Notes under the pieces: model-generated
Told to the model about the DNA's origin: nothing
Database searches by the model: none
What the model saw: only the letters and a program-made list of their open reading frames with translations
Source: a virus
Taxonomy: Duplodnaviria > Caudoviricetes
Strand: one strand, 5' to 3'
IMG/VR virus record: IMGVR_UViG_3300032331_001351
Coordinates: 1-57,193 of that record
DNA: 57,193 nucleotides
In this document: piece by piece, positions 35,958-45,218 of the stretch
Layout of the letters: the number at the start of each line of letters is the position of its first letter
Numbering within the stretch: the first letter of the stretch is position 1
Made by a program: the position numbers and the translations under genes

Positions 35958-38096
35958 TTATATCCCAAATTTACCACGTTCAATGGCTTCAACAACTTCC
36001 TCATTGACACGTAGGTAGTGGTTGGCACGACCTTGCGGTTTCTCTAGCTCGACGCGCTCAAGCGAGCCGTCGTTCAGGAGACTGGTTACGGCGCGTTCCT
36101 TGCGCTCTTGACTGGCTTTGACGCCGCCTTGTGCCACGGGCAAGCGCTCATAGTAGGAGCGGGACTTGCCGGGGTCTTTGCGTACAAGGTCAAGCACCTC
36201 GTTACAGATGCGTGCCCATTGGTCTTGCTCTTTTTGTTCCTTGCGGTCTTCCTTCATCTGAGTGCGTTCGCCCTGCTTGAGTGGGCGGGCGACCGAGTGA
36301 CTGAACCAGATCTCTTTGTCGTAGCCCAGCACGTCTTTATGGCGCTCTTTGTTTGACACGAGGTCAAAGGTGAGTTCCGGAAAGGCGGTAGGGAACCTGA
36401 CCTTGACCGCTTTGAGCACGCGGGGGGCGTCCTCGTAATCGCCGTCTTTGAACACGGTATACACGCCTTGTGCGTCCCCGGTCCAAGCCGACGCACCCCT
36501 CGGGGACAGGAAGTCAGACTCGGTCATCCCAGCGATCTTTGACGTGTGGCTGACGATGACGATTGGGAACAGCGCAAAGGACTGTTTGATGTACGCCATT
36601 GCGCGCCCCACCTCCGCGTTGTCGTTCTCGTTTTCTAAATCAAACACCGCGTTAGCTGTATCAAAGATGACCAGCGGAAGCGCCGAGTGCATTGAGCCGT
36701 CGGCTTTCTCGTTGTCCACTGTCCATTCTTTGTACTCCTCAGCGACTTGAGACACGACCTTGGGGTCGAGCCGTTGAGCACTGATGACCCGTACCCGCTC
36801 GTCAAAGTCAGAGACCTTCATCCCGGTGTAGCCCCAGGAGTACAGCGAGTAAATGACCCGTTGAACCTGCACCACTGACTCAGTAATGATGATGACGTTA
36901 CGGCGCACTGCCGGTTTTAAAGCATAGTCATGCGGGCACAAGTGAGCGGAAGCTAACGCCATGGGCACGATGAGGGTCGTTTTACCGACTCCGGGAGCAC
37001 CAGCGACTACGTTCACCCCGGTTGACATGAAGTCATCGTACAAGTATTCAAAGACGTTGACCTGACCCGCGCCGCTGTCGGTTGCCCGCTTCAGGCTCAG
37101 CGGGTGCACTTCAGGTGTCCCGTCAGGTTTGTCAGCTTGTTGTTGATGCACATCATTTTTGTTCCCCACCCACCCGTTATCAATCGCCATGCGGAAAATT
37201 GAGCGGTAAGTGATTGAGTGCGGAGTGCTGATGTCTCGCTCCCATTTACGCCGTTGCGCCGAGGCATCAAATTTGTCGCTGGTTGCCGCCCATTCGGTCC
37301 AAATTTTGTAGCCGTTCTCGCCGTAAGGCTTGAGCACCATACCGACGTTGACCCACGTCGTATAGTCATCAGCGTCAACGTGTTTGAGCGCAGAGCGCAA
37401 ATCGTCAAACGTCTGAGCCGTGGCTACCGGAACCCCACCGCGCTCAGTCAGGCTATAGTTCACTGGAGGTCGTGCCTTACTCGCTATAAGCTGAGGTAAG
37501 GGGGAGGGCTTTGCCGGACGGGTTTGACTCAGCGGCGAGCGCCCTTGTTGCCATTTGTAATCTCCTGAGGGTCCGAGCGTAGGAGCGACGCAGATATAGC
37601 CGTGATGCTTGAGGTCAAGCCCCTTGCCCAGCGTGCCGGGGTAAGTCATGTCCTCATCAGCTGTAAACAACCTATGCTCCCCGCCGCCTTGAGTCACCGC
37701 CGTACAGTCGGAGTGCATGACGCCGTGTTCAGCTTCAAGTTGCGCTAGTGACTCAACACCGCCGTTCTGCGGGTCAATGTCCAGCGCCAGCAGTCCCGAG
37801 TCGGCTAGGGAAATACCTATACCCGCATCAGGATCCGTCGCCCACCAATCTCTGATGACTTGTTCATTTGTAGTTGAATCCTGATGCCCATGCGGAACCA
37901 GTTCAGACTGAGGATGCTTGCCCGCCTTGTGACCCTTTTCAGTATTAGGACGACCGCACCGGCACTGCCCGTTCTCGTCTACTGACCACACCGGCAACAC
38001 GTGCCAACCGAGCTTTGCGTAAGCCAGTGCGTAATCTAATGTCGCTGGTCCTTTAGTGTCTACCGCCCAAATGTGCTTGGGAGTCTTGCTGGTCAT
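35958..38096 (-). CDS. Bifunctional primase-polymerase with PriCT-2 and RecA-type (AAA_25/RepA-like) helicase domain
   Basis: AL.YA..GW.VLP, GKHP, LDIDP.NGG and T.GGG.H (prim-pol); Y..W..VGM.L...W..W (PriCT-2); GAPGVGKTT, IFDT, HTSK and RGASAW. Confidence 0.88.
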   Translation of the reverse strand: MTSKTPKHIWAVDTKGPATLDYALAYAKLGWHVLPVWSVDENGQCRCGRPNTEKGHKAGKHPQSELVPHGHQDSTTNEQVIRDWWATDPDAGIGISLADSGLLALDIDPQNGGVESLAQLEAEHGVMHSDCTAVTQGGGEHRLFTADEDMTYPGTLGKGLDLKHHGYICVAPTLGPSGDYKWQQGRSPLSQTRPAKPSPLPQLIASKARPPVNYSLTERGGVPVATAQTFDDLRSALKHVDADDYTTWVNVGMVLKPYGENGYKIWTEWAATSDKFDASAQRRKWERDISTPHSITYRSIFRMAIDNGWVGNKNDVHQQQADKPDGTPEVHPLSLKRATDSGAGQVNVFEYLYDDFMSTGVNVVAGAPGVGKTTLIVPMALASAHLCPHDYALKPAVRRNVIIITESVVQVQRVIYSLYSWGYTGMKVSDFDERVRVISAQRLDPKVVSQVAEEYKEWTVDNEKADGSMHSALPLVIFDTANAVFDLENENDNAEVGRAMAYIKQSFALFPIVIVSHTSKIAGMTESDFLSPRGASAWTGDAQGVYTVFKDGDYEDAPRVLKAVKVRFPTAFPELTFDLVSNKERHKDVLGYDKEIWFSHSVARPLKQGERTQMKEDRKEQKEQDQWARICNEVLDLVRKDPGKSRSYYERLPVAQGGVKASQERKERAVTSLLNDGSLERVELEKPQGRANHYLRVNEEVVEAIERGKFGI

Positions 38097-39643
38097 TGTT
38101 CTGTGTCTCCGTAAAAGAATTCCTCAAGCACGTTCCAGTATTGACCAGACCGACGGACGTACACTTCATCAGGTACGCGAGCGCCTTTCATTTGCCACGT
38201 TAAAGTGTCTGCGGGGGATGGTAAGTTTACCGCAAGCTGCCGCGAACCAAAAAACTTTAAGGTCTTCCGGTCGGGAACTTCGGTGTTGATGAAATTGGTT
38301 CCGCGAATCTTGATGCCTTCCTCGCTCACGCAGTTGTAGTTGACAAGCAGTATCGGCACCTGGGGGTTGCGCTTAGTGCGGATAGCGACCGTATTAGTTG
38401 ATTCAACTTGCATTTTGAGAACCGAGCCGTCCTTGGCCATTTGCCCGGTCATGGGGTCAATGGGTAACAGTTTGTGAGCGCCAATTACTTTTTCCCGCTC
38501 ACGCAACGCTCGCTGCTTAGCGGGGATGGCTTCAACTTTTTCAAGAGTTTCTTCGGTGTAGAAGGTTTCATACATGTCAACCCCGCCCAGCCGTTGCAGG
38601 TTGCCAACGAAGTCCAGTATCAGACAGTTCTTTTTGTCATCAGCTAGGCGTGTGCCCCGACCCTGGATTTGAACCCACAGAGAGGAGGAGAGAGTTGGTC
38701 TCAGGCACACAATGCAGTCAAGCGCCGGGAAGTCAAAGCCGGTGGTAATCATATCCACAGAGCAAAGCACGCGGGACTCACCTGATTTGAATTTGCGTAA
38801 TGAATCGCTGCGCTCGTCGCGGGTGATTGCGCCAGCCATCACGTCCGTCACCCAACCCGTCTCAACCGCAATCACTTCCGCTGCACGTTCAGCTGCGTCA
38901 ATAGTTGGGCAGTACACCGCAATATGCTTACGGTTGCCGGCGAGTTGCGGTAGTGAACGCGCCACGGCACGCAGCCATACCACGTCCTCCCGCTTGTCAA
39001 CGTCAGTCATCACGTAGTCGCCATTGGCTTTACGCGCCCCGTCAAGGTCAAGCTGTACGGTGGTTTCAACTCCTACTAGCGGGCAGAGGTAGCCGTCGCC
39101 TACAGCTTGTGGTACGGTATAGCTATAGGCGAGTTGATCAAACCAGAACTGGTCACCTTCCCCGTGAATGACCCCGTTGTCCATTCGCCACGGCGTTGCG
39201 GTCATAGCCACGCGCCCCGCGTCACGGTAGCGGTGTAGCACCGACTCATAGAGCGAACGCTCGCCCTTGTTATGCGGTACGCGGTGAGCCTCGTCAATAA
39301 TGATGAGGTCAGGCGGTTGCATTTCAGCCTGAACGCCCAGTATGCTTTGAATGGTGCCAAAGGTGACCGGCTCAAAACGGTCTTTACGTTTGAGTCCTGC
39401 GCAAACTATTCCGGGGTTGACTCCACTATAGCGCTTATAGGCGGCGGCGTTTTGCTCAACCAGCTGTTGAACGTGGGTGAGCGCCCAAACGCGGCGGTTG
39501 GTTTTCTTATAGTGATCCGCTAGGGCGGCAATGATGAGCGATTTGCCCGTACCGGTAGCAAGTTGAAGCACCGGATGGTGTGCTCCCCCTAGGGACGCTA
39601 TAGCGGCGTCGTAGGCTTCTTGCTGGTAAAATCTGAGTTGCAT
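38093..39643 (-). CDS. Superfamily 2 helicase (RadD/YejH-like)
   Basis: LRFYQ.EA, ATGTGKS, DEAH, TATP.R, TTGFD.P and Q..GRG.R motifs. Confidence 0.9.
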   Translation of the reverse strand: MQLRFYQQEAYDAAIASLGGAHHPVLQLATGTGKSLIIAALADHYKKTNRRVWALTHVQQLVEQNAAAYKRYSGVNPGIVCAGLKRKDRFEPVTFGTIQSILGVQAEMQPPDLIIIDEAHRVPHNKGERSLYESVLHRYRDAGRVAMTATPWRMDNGVIHGEGDQFWFDQLAYSYTVPQAVGDGYLCPLVGVETTVQLDLDGARKANGDYVMTDVDKREDVVWLRAVARSLPQLAGNRKHIAVYCPTIDAAERAAEVIAVETGWVTDVMAGAITRDERSDSLRKFKSGESRVLCSVDMITTGFDFPALDCIVCLRPTLSSSLWVQIQGRGTRLADDKKNCLILDFVGNLQRLGGVDMYETFYTEETLEKVEAIPAKQRALREREKVIGAHKLLPIDPMTGQMAKDGSVLKMQVESTNTVAIRTKRNPQVPILLVNYNCVSEEGIKIRGTNFINTEVPDRKTLKFFGSRQLAVNLPSPADTLTWQMKGARVPDEVYVRRSGQYWNVLEEFFYGDTEQ

Positions 39644-39674
39644 TCAAGCTCCAAGTTATACGTTATCACCGCGA

Positions 39675-39703
39675 ATTATGCCTGAGAATTTTAAAAAAGG
39701 CAA
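39675..39703 (-). promoter_or_regulatory. sigma70-type promoter TTGCCT-N17-CATAAT (leftward, helicase operon)
   Basis: -35 at 39703-39698 and -10 at 39680-39675, in the AT-rich divergent intergenic region. Confidence 0.6.
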
Positions 39704-39817
39704 ATTATTTTGAAAATTTATTTTTTGCCGACGTTGAATTACGTGCCGCGCAAACTTCATTCTCATAGGGGGAAACACCAATACCCAACTGCGGTGAAGG
39801 GTTTTAAAAAATAACGC

Positions 39818-39847
39818 TTGCCTTCTTCAAAACTTTCATGCTATAAT
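39818..39847 (+). promoter_or_regulatory. sigma70-type early promoter TTGCCT-N18-TATAAT with extended -10 (TG)
   Basis: TTGCCT 39818-39823, TGcTATAAT 39839-39847, A/T-rich upstream tract. Confidence 0.75.
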
Positions 39848-39903
39848 TCATTCATTGGTTAGCGCAGTGTTAACCATGATAACTGAATAACTGGAGAACT
39901 GAC

Positions 39904-40203
39904 ATGAACATCATCGCATCCCTTACCGCCCGCATCGAAGAATACCGCGCTACTAACAAGCAGCCGTGCAAAAACTACGCCACTGAAGCCGCCGCTGAAA
40001 AAGCTACTGCTCAAATGGCGCAAGACGCAGCCAACTACTTCCACAAAGAGCGCGGTGTTGAGGCTCGTCCCGCTCAGTACGTTGTGTTTTACAATGAGGC
40101 TTGGGGTCGTTGGGTTGGCGGTATCAACATGAGCGAGCTGATTCAGCGCTCATCAAGCACCGGCGGCTACCTTGGTTACTGCACAGGTTTCTTCGTTTTC
40201 TAA
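39904..40203 (+). CDS. Early hypothetical protein
   Basis: First gene after the early promoter; SD GGAG within the AATAACTGGAGAACT motif. Confidence 0.75.
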   Translation: MNIIASLTARIEEYRATNKQPCKNYATEAAAEKATAQMAQDAANYFHKERGVEARPAQYVVFYNEAWGRWVGGINMSELIQRSSSTGGYLGYCTGFFVF

Positions 40204-40252
40204 ACAACGGGGCGCAAGCCCCTCCTAATAACTCAATAACTGGAGAACTCAC

Positions 40253-40498
40253 ATGACACAAACCATCACCATCCGCGTTACTAAGAATTACGGCACCACA
40301 GTCGTTTACCCCGTCTGTGACACCGCTAAGAAGCTCGCCGAGCTTATCGGCACTAAGACGTTCACTAACGCCGCCTTGCATAAGCTCGTTGACTTAGGCT
40401 ACGAGATGACTGTTGAGCAGCCGAAGTTTTCTTTCAACGCGCCCTACAACGATCAGTTTTTGGGTGCACAGCCAGCCCGCGCTGGTCAAGACTACTAA
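40253..40498 (+). CDS. Early hypothetical protein (NYG....YPVC..AK.LA.L.GTKT.T)
   Basis: Strong SD; recurring small phage protein pattern. Confidence 0.75.
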   Translation: MTQTITIRVTKNYGTTVVYPVCDTAKKLAELIGTKTFTNAALHKLVDLGYEMTVEQPKFSFNAPYNDQFLGAQPARAGQDY

Positions 40499-40521
40499 CT
40501 CAATAACTAGGATAACTAATC

Positions 40522-40734
40522 ATGAAAAACAACTCTTGGAAAAAAGACTATTTGGTCGTGTTGCATAGCGACTATGACAACACTTGGTCAGACAAGACTA
40601 TCCCTTGCACGTTCCTGCAAGCGATTCGTTTTGTTCGCGCTAAGCATTGGAATCATGCAATGGACAAAGGTACTGTGCGTATCGTTACTCTCGCTGAGTT
40701 CGCGACCCTCCCTAAAGCTGAGGTGAAAGCATGA
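40522..40734 (+). CDS. Early hypothetical protein
   Basis: 70 aa, SD AGGA. Confidence 0.65.
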   Translation: MKNNSWKKDYLVVLHSDYDNTWSDKTIPCTFLQAIRFVRAKHWNHAMDKGTVRIVTLAEFATLPKAEVKA

Positions 40735-40910
40735 TCTCACGTATAGTTTTCTTACTCATCATACTGCTCGCTTTTGGTGTGGTTGGCACGTTTGATTACG
40801 AGGACGCGCTGATGGAAGAAGCCGCCTACTGCGACCGTCTTCAAAACAAAGTGCACACCGATTACAACAACCTCAAAGCCACCTGCGTTGCGGGTCATTG
40901 GACTAAATAA
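40731..40910 (+). CDS. Small exported/membrane protein (59 aa, MISRIVFLLIILLAFGVVGTFDYEDA...YC...C)
   Basis: Read by hand; ATGA overlap, SD GAGG, N-terminal hydrophobic segment. Confidence 0.6.
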   Translation: MISRIVFLLIILLAFGVVGTFDYEDALMEEAAYCDRLQNKVHTDYNNLKATCVAGHWTK

Positions 40911-40928
40911 ATTCCTTGGAGATTTGAA

Positions 40929-41357
40929 ATGAATACAGTAAACTTTTCCAGCATGACGACCCCACAATTGGTTTCGTTCTACAATAGGCACAGCACCACT
41001 CCGGTCAAGCGGTTCAGCGACCGTAAGACCGCCGAGCGGCGCTGTATTGAACTCTTTGAGAGTTTGCTCTCACCTGTATCTAGTAGCAAAGTGATTAAAC
41101 AAGTGGCTGATACTTCTAACCGCCCCGTTATGAAAGACTCTCTCAAGCTCGACCGCACAATCATCTGTGTGAACCTCGGTCAGACTTGGAAGAACGCATA
41201 CCAGATGTGGCGCGACAACCCTGACTGGATGACTAGCGCTCAGCAAGACCGCCTGACCGCCCAGCTCTACGCCGCTGCTAAGACCGGTGAGCAGAAGATT
41301 ATTGAAATCAATGGACGCAGTTTCATGCTCGTCAACATTAAAAGGGTAAAGAAATGA
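40929..41357 (+). CDS. Hypothetical protein (L...YN......VKRFSDRKTAERR N-terminal motif)
   Basis: 142 aa, SD GGAG. Confidence 0.7.
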   Translation: MNTVNFSSMTTPQLVSFYNRHSTTPVKRFSDRKTAERRCIELFESLLSPVSSSKVIKQVADTSNRPVMKDSLKLDRTIICVNLGQTWKNAYQMWRDNPDWMTSAQQDRLTAQLYAAAKTGEQKIIEINGRSFMLVNIKRVKK

Positions 41358-41581
41358 CTGAGAACGCACCTGAGTTGTTAGACGTGCTGTGGTTCAACAG
41401 CGGTAAAGGGATTGTAGGCGTTGCTGCCGTACAAACTGAGCCGACTGTCATCAAGTTTTACATCTGCCCGGTTGATGGTTTTAATGAAGTCATTGACGCT
41501 AATTTGGTCATGTCACATGGCGCAGCTTTCCCTGAAGTTGCCGGTTACGCATTATTTGGTATTACGGAGACAACAATATGA
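41354..41581 (+). CDS. Hypothetical protein
   Basis: 75 aa with ATGA overlaps on both sides. Confidence 0.65.
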   Translation: MTENAPELLDVLWFNSGKGIVGVAAVQTEPTVIKFYICPVDGFNEVIDANLVMSHGAAFPEVAGYALFGITETTI

Positions 41582-42534
41582 ACACAGTATTCCCAGAGTT
41601 GGCGCTTGACCGCAACGTAGTCAAGTGGGAGCAACACCTCGGCACGCAGACACCATGGGAGAACCGCAAGGGTCTCTGGTTCAAACGTGATGACTACTTT
41701 GCCCCGCTCGGCTACAGCGGTCCTAACGGCTCAAAGATGCGCCAGCTGATTTGGTACGTAAACAAGTTCCGCGCAGGTAAGACCCACATTGTCACTGGCG
41801 CAAGTATTCAATCCCCTCAGCTGAGCATGAGCGCCATCGTTGGTGCACATTACGGGTTACGCGCCCGTCAAATCGTATACAGCAAACCTGAAACCGTATT
41901 ACGTCACGAGAACCCGCGCATCGCCTACGGCTTTGATGCTGAGTTTGAATACGCTTCTGGTCCGTACAATCCTATTTTACAGCGTAAGGTGGTTGACCTG
42001 ACGCAGCCCACCTCGCTCGTAGTTGAGTACGGTATCACTGTGCCGCATGACCGCTACTCTGAGGATGACGTGCGTAAGTTTCACGAGGTCGGCGCTCATC
42101 AGACCTCTAACGTCCCGCCTGAAGTCAAGCGCCTTATCGCTCCTGCCGGGTCTTGTAATTCGTTGACGAGCATCATGCTCGGCTTGAGCCGTGATCCGCA
42201 CAATATTGATGAACTGTTCACTATAGGAATCGGTCCCGACAAGCGCGGCTGGATGCGTCAGCGCCTTGCGTACATCGGTATTGACGTCGACAAGCTGCCG
42301 TTCAGATGGAAGCATTACAGTCTGCACGACAACGGCTACAGCAAGTATAGCGATCACTTCACCGGTGAGAGTTTTGATGGCATCAAGTTTCATCCGACCT
42401 ACGAGGCTAAGATGTGGCGCTGGTTGACACACCATAACCAGTTGGAGTATGATGACAGCACCGCATTTTGGATTGTAGGCAGCGCCCCCGACACAAAAAT
42501 TGTTGAACCCTTTTACACTAGGAGACCCGTATGA
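41578..42534 (+). CDS. PLP-dependent fold-type II enzyme; putative amino acid-DNA decarboxylase
   Basis: TP.E...LWFKRDD...NGSKMRQ (PLP lysine), APAGSCNS phosphate loop and HPTYEAK; sits in the hmdU cluster. Confidence 0.8.
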   Translation: MNTVFPELALDRNVVKWEQHLGTQTPWENRKGLWFKRDDYFAPLGYSGPNGSKMRQLIWYVNKFRAGKTHIVTGASIQSPQLSMSAIVGAHYGLRARQIVYSKPETVLRHENPRIAYGFDAEFEYASGPYNPILQRKVVDLTQPTSLVVEYGITVPHDRYSEDDVRKFHEVGAHQTSNVPPEVKRLIAPAGSCNSLTSIMLGLSRDPHNIDELFTIGIGPDKRGWMRQRLAYIGIDVDKLPFRWKHYSLHDNGYSKYSDHFTGESFDGIKFHPTYEAKMWRWLTHHNQLEYDDSTAFWIVGSAPDTKIVEPFYTRRPV

Positions 42535-42734
42535 AGAACCCTGACAACAAAGACTATCAACCCTGGCTAGAGAAGACCGGCGGTTTTGCCCGTGACATGA
42601 CCATGCTTGAGCGAGTAGCGCTTGAGGTGTTACCGTTTATGGTTTCAAATGACGAGACTGATTTTGCGGAAGACGTTGACGCTGCTTTTTCAGTCGCCAA
42701 GCATTTCTTAGCTGAGAGAGCAAAACACATATGA
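42531..42734 (+). CDS. Small hypothetical protein
   Basis: DMTML...A...AF.VA..FLAER pattern of a common small phage family; ATGA overlaps. Confidence 0.65.
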   Translation: MKNPDNKDYQPWLEKTGGFARDMTMLERVALEVLPFMVSNDETDFAEDVDAAFSVAKHFLAERAKHI

Positions 42735-43729
42735 AAGACTACCGCCTACCGGAAAACCGGGAAGAGTACTTCACGGCGCTCTATAAGATGAATCTTGATT
42801 ACGGGGTTATGCCCGGTCTGGTTTATTTGTACATGCCTGAACTCGCTCGCCGCTATGAGTGGGACGCTGAGCAGAAGCTCTGGTTCGCATTTTTGAACGG
42901 CATGACGCAGAACCCTATAACTTCGCTGCGCTTGTTCACCCGTCTACCTAGCGTTCCCCCTGCGGGCGCTCAGCTGACACATTTCAACGACTGGTTTAAC
43001 GATCAATGGGATACGCTCCAGTTTGACACCGACCGCCGGTATCAGAAACGCGACACCCTTGAAGCTATCAAGACCTACGCTAAGTTGGTTGAGGAGTTTG
43101 GCTCTCAAGAGGCGATGTTGACCGGCAAACCGTACTCAGAGCTTTGGGATCTCGTGCGCAACCGCTACTACAGCTTTGGTCGCCTGTCATCGTTCAGCTA
43201 CCTCGAGTATGTCTACTTGAACGGCTACGGCGCTGACTGTGATGACCTGCTGTTCAGCGATAAGTCGGGCAGCAAATCACACCGTAACGGGATGTTGTTT
43301 TTGATCGGTAAAGATGAGTTGGTTTGGGATAAGCGACTACCTAACGGGCAAGACGGTAACTACCCTAAATTCAAATTAATGTGCGGGTTTTTAGCTTCCG
43401 GTGCCGACACTTTAATTGATGCGTTCAAATTGAATTACCCTAGCGTGCCTAACGTGGGTCGGTTCACTATGGAGTCAAACCTTTGCACGTTCAAGAATCA
43501 TTTCTTCGGTCGGCGCTACCCCGGTGTTTACGCTGACATGGCTCAAGAAAGAATTGACTGGGCTGACGCACGTGACCAGAGCGCCTACACCGAGGTGTTC
43601 AAAGACATGCGGTCACAGCTGCTGCCTGACTGGTTACGGGCTGAATGCGGTGGTAGCTCAGCAATTAAAGTGAACGCGGCGGTTTTCCCTGAGACGGGTA
43701 TGCCTTTCAGAGCGGAGCATTTTCTATGA
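42731..43729 (+). CDS. Amino acid:DNA transferase (aGPT-Pplase2, HhH-glycosylase fold)
   Basis: DYRL.ENR, EQKLW.AFL.G, FGRLSSFSYLE (HhH), SHRNG and ESNLC.FK...RYPG.Y motifs; cluster context. Confidence 0.75.
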   Translation: MKDYRLPENREEYFTALYKMNLDYGVMPGLVYLYMPELARRYEWDAEQKLWFAFLNGMTQNPITSLRLFTRLPSVPPAGAQLTHFNDWFNDQWDTLQFDTDRRYQKRDTLEAIKTYAKLVEEFGSQEAMLTGKPYSELWDLVRNRYYSFGRLSSFSYLEYVYLNGYGADCDDLLFSDKSGSKSHRNGMLFLIGKDELVWDKRLPNGQDGNYPKFKLMCGFLASGADTLIDAFKLNYPSVPNVGRFTMESNLCTFKNHFFGRRYPGVYADMAQERIDWADARDQSAYTEVFKDMRSQLLPDWLRAECGGSSAIKVNAAVFPETGMPFRAEHFL

Positions 43730-44304
43730 AACACGTCATCCTTAGAATCGCTGGCACGTTCGGCTCGGGCAAGACCACCGCTATGCGGGGATTCTTTGAT
43801 TACCCGACTGAGACTTTAATGAGCGGTAAAAAGATCGCCGGATACAAGGTTGACGCTAGCGCTGCCGGAATCACGCAGCCGATCTACGTGGTTGGTAAGT
43901 ATGACAACACGTGCGGTGGCACCGATGCCATCAAGACTCAGGCTGAGATTGCCGAGAAGATCCTGAAAGCGCACCCCCTAGGGCACGTGTTATATGAAGG
44001 CGCTTTGGTGTCTGCGAGCGGACTCGCCGGGCAGGTGACGCAAGCGATTCACCCTACCGGTTGTGACGTGTACGCATTCCTCGATACGCCGCAAGACCTC
44101 TGCGTTGAGCGGGTAAAGGGACGCCGCCTCGCCGCTGGTAATGAGAAAGAGTTCGACCCGAAGAACCTGATTGACAAGTTTGATTCAGTCGTCAACTGTT
44201 ATAAGAACCTGCGCAACGAGGGTACGTATGACGTCCGTAGGATTGACCACACCAACCCGCACCCACAATTAGTAGAAATTATAAAGGAGTACGAAAATGA
44301 TTGA
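43726..44304 (+). CDS. P-loop kinase; putative 5-hmdU DNA kinase catalytic domain
   Basis: GTFGSGKTT, GKY...CGGTD, LYEG and LDTP...C.ERV..RR. Confidence 0.8.
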   Translation: MKHVILRIAGTFGSGKTTAMRGFFDYPTETLMSGKKIAGYKVDASAAGITQPIYVVGKYDNTCGGTDAIKTQAEIAEKILKAHPLGHVLYEGALVSASGLAGQVTQAIHPTGCDVYAFLDTPQDLCVERVKGRRLAAGNEKEFDPKNLIDKFDSVVNCYKNLRNEGTYDVRRIDHTNPHPQLVEIIKEYEND

Positions 44305-45217
44305 CGAATGCCCATACCCGATGCCGACGGCTGAGACGGTATGCTCGATGGAGGGGTTGCTTTACTTCATTTGGGAACGCGAAGCTATTCGTCTTGCCCG
44401 TGAAAACGGTCACGCCGCGCCCTGGACTAAAGACCCGGTGCTCGCCAAGTACAAGTTTACTAACATTCACCGCAGCGATGATCGAGGCTCACAATGGATC
44501 ATTGATCACTTGATAGAACCAGCAGCGGCTAACGGCGATGAGCACTTGTGGTTTACGTTGTTGATCGCTCGCCTCATCAACTGGCCACCTACGCTACAGG
44601 TGTTGATTGACAAAAAAGTCATACCTTGCGCTCCTGAAAACTTTGATGCTGAGATGTTTGAGCACGCGCTTGAGCGCCTCAAAAAAGACGGTAAGAAGGT
44701 TTACTCGGGCGCGTATATGCTTTACCCTACAAAGATGGAGCCGGGGGGTAACAAGTCCAAGGCGGTCGCTAAGTACATCATCGGCAGCGCTATTGAGAAC
44801 GCTGACAACATCAGCGCCTCACTGTGGAACAACGAGCGGGGAATGTCTATTGAGCGGTTTGTAACTGAGCTGAGTAAGTGCTTCGGCATCAGTACTTTTA
44901 TTGCCGGGCAAGTAGCCGCAGACCTGACCTACACGGGTATGGACGTTGAAGATCTTTACACTTTTGCGCCTATTGGTCCCGGTAGCTCTCGGGGTTTGAA
45001 CTACTTACTAGGTAAACCGCCGTTCGCAACTTGGAAACAGAAAGAGTTCAACGCTGAGCTGAGTAACATCTTTGCCCACGCTGCTGACCGGCTTGACATC
45101 ATTGACATGACGCTGCATGATGTTCAGAACTGCATGTGCGAGTACAGCAAATACTGCCGCGCAGTCCTGGGCGAAGGTAAACCAAAAACAATTTATAAAA
45201 CAGAAACGGAGTTTTAA
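44297..45217 (+). CDS. 5-hmdU DNA kinase helical domain (aGPT-Pplase1)
   Basis: FIWERE.IR......PWT.DPVL..YKFTN..R.DDR, R.INWP.TL, G...F.A.Q...DL, GPGS.RGL and QN..CE.SKY. Confidence 0.85.
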   Translation: MIDECPYPMPTAETVCSMEGLLYFIWEREAIRLARENGHAAPWTKDPVLAKYKFTNIHRSDDRGSQWIIDHLIEPAAANGDEHLWFTLLIARLINWPPTLQVLIDKKVIPCAPENFDAEMFEHALERLKKDGKKVYSGAYMLYPTKMEPGGNKSKAVAKYIIGSAIENADNISASLWNNERGMSIERFVTELSKCFGISTFIAGQVAADLTYTGMDVEDLYTFAPIGPGSSRGLNYLLGKPPFATWKQKEFNAELSNIFAHAADRLDIIDMTLHDVQNCMCEYSKYCRAVLGEGKPKTIYKTETEF

Positions 45218-45218
45218 G

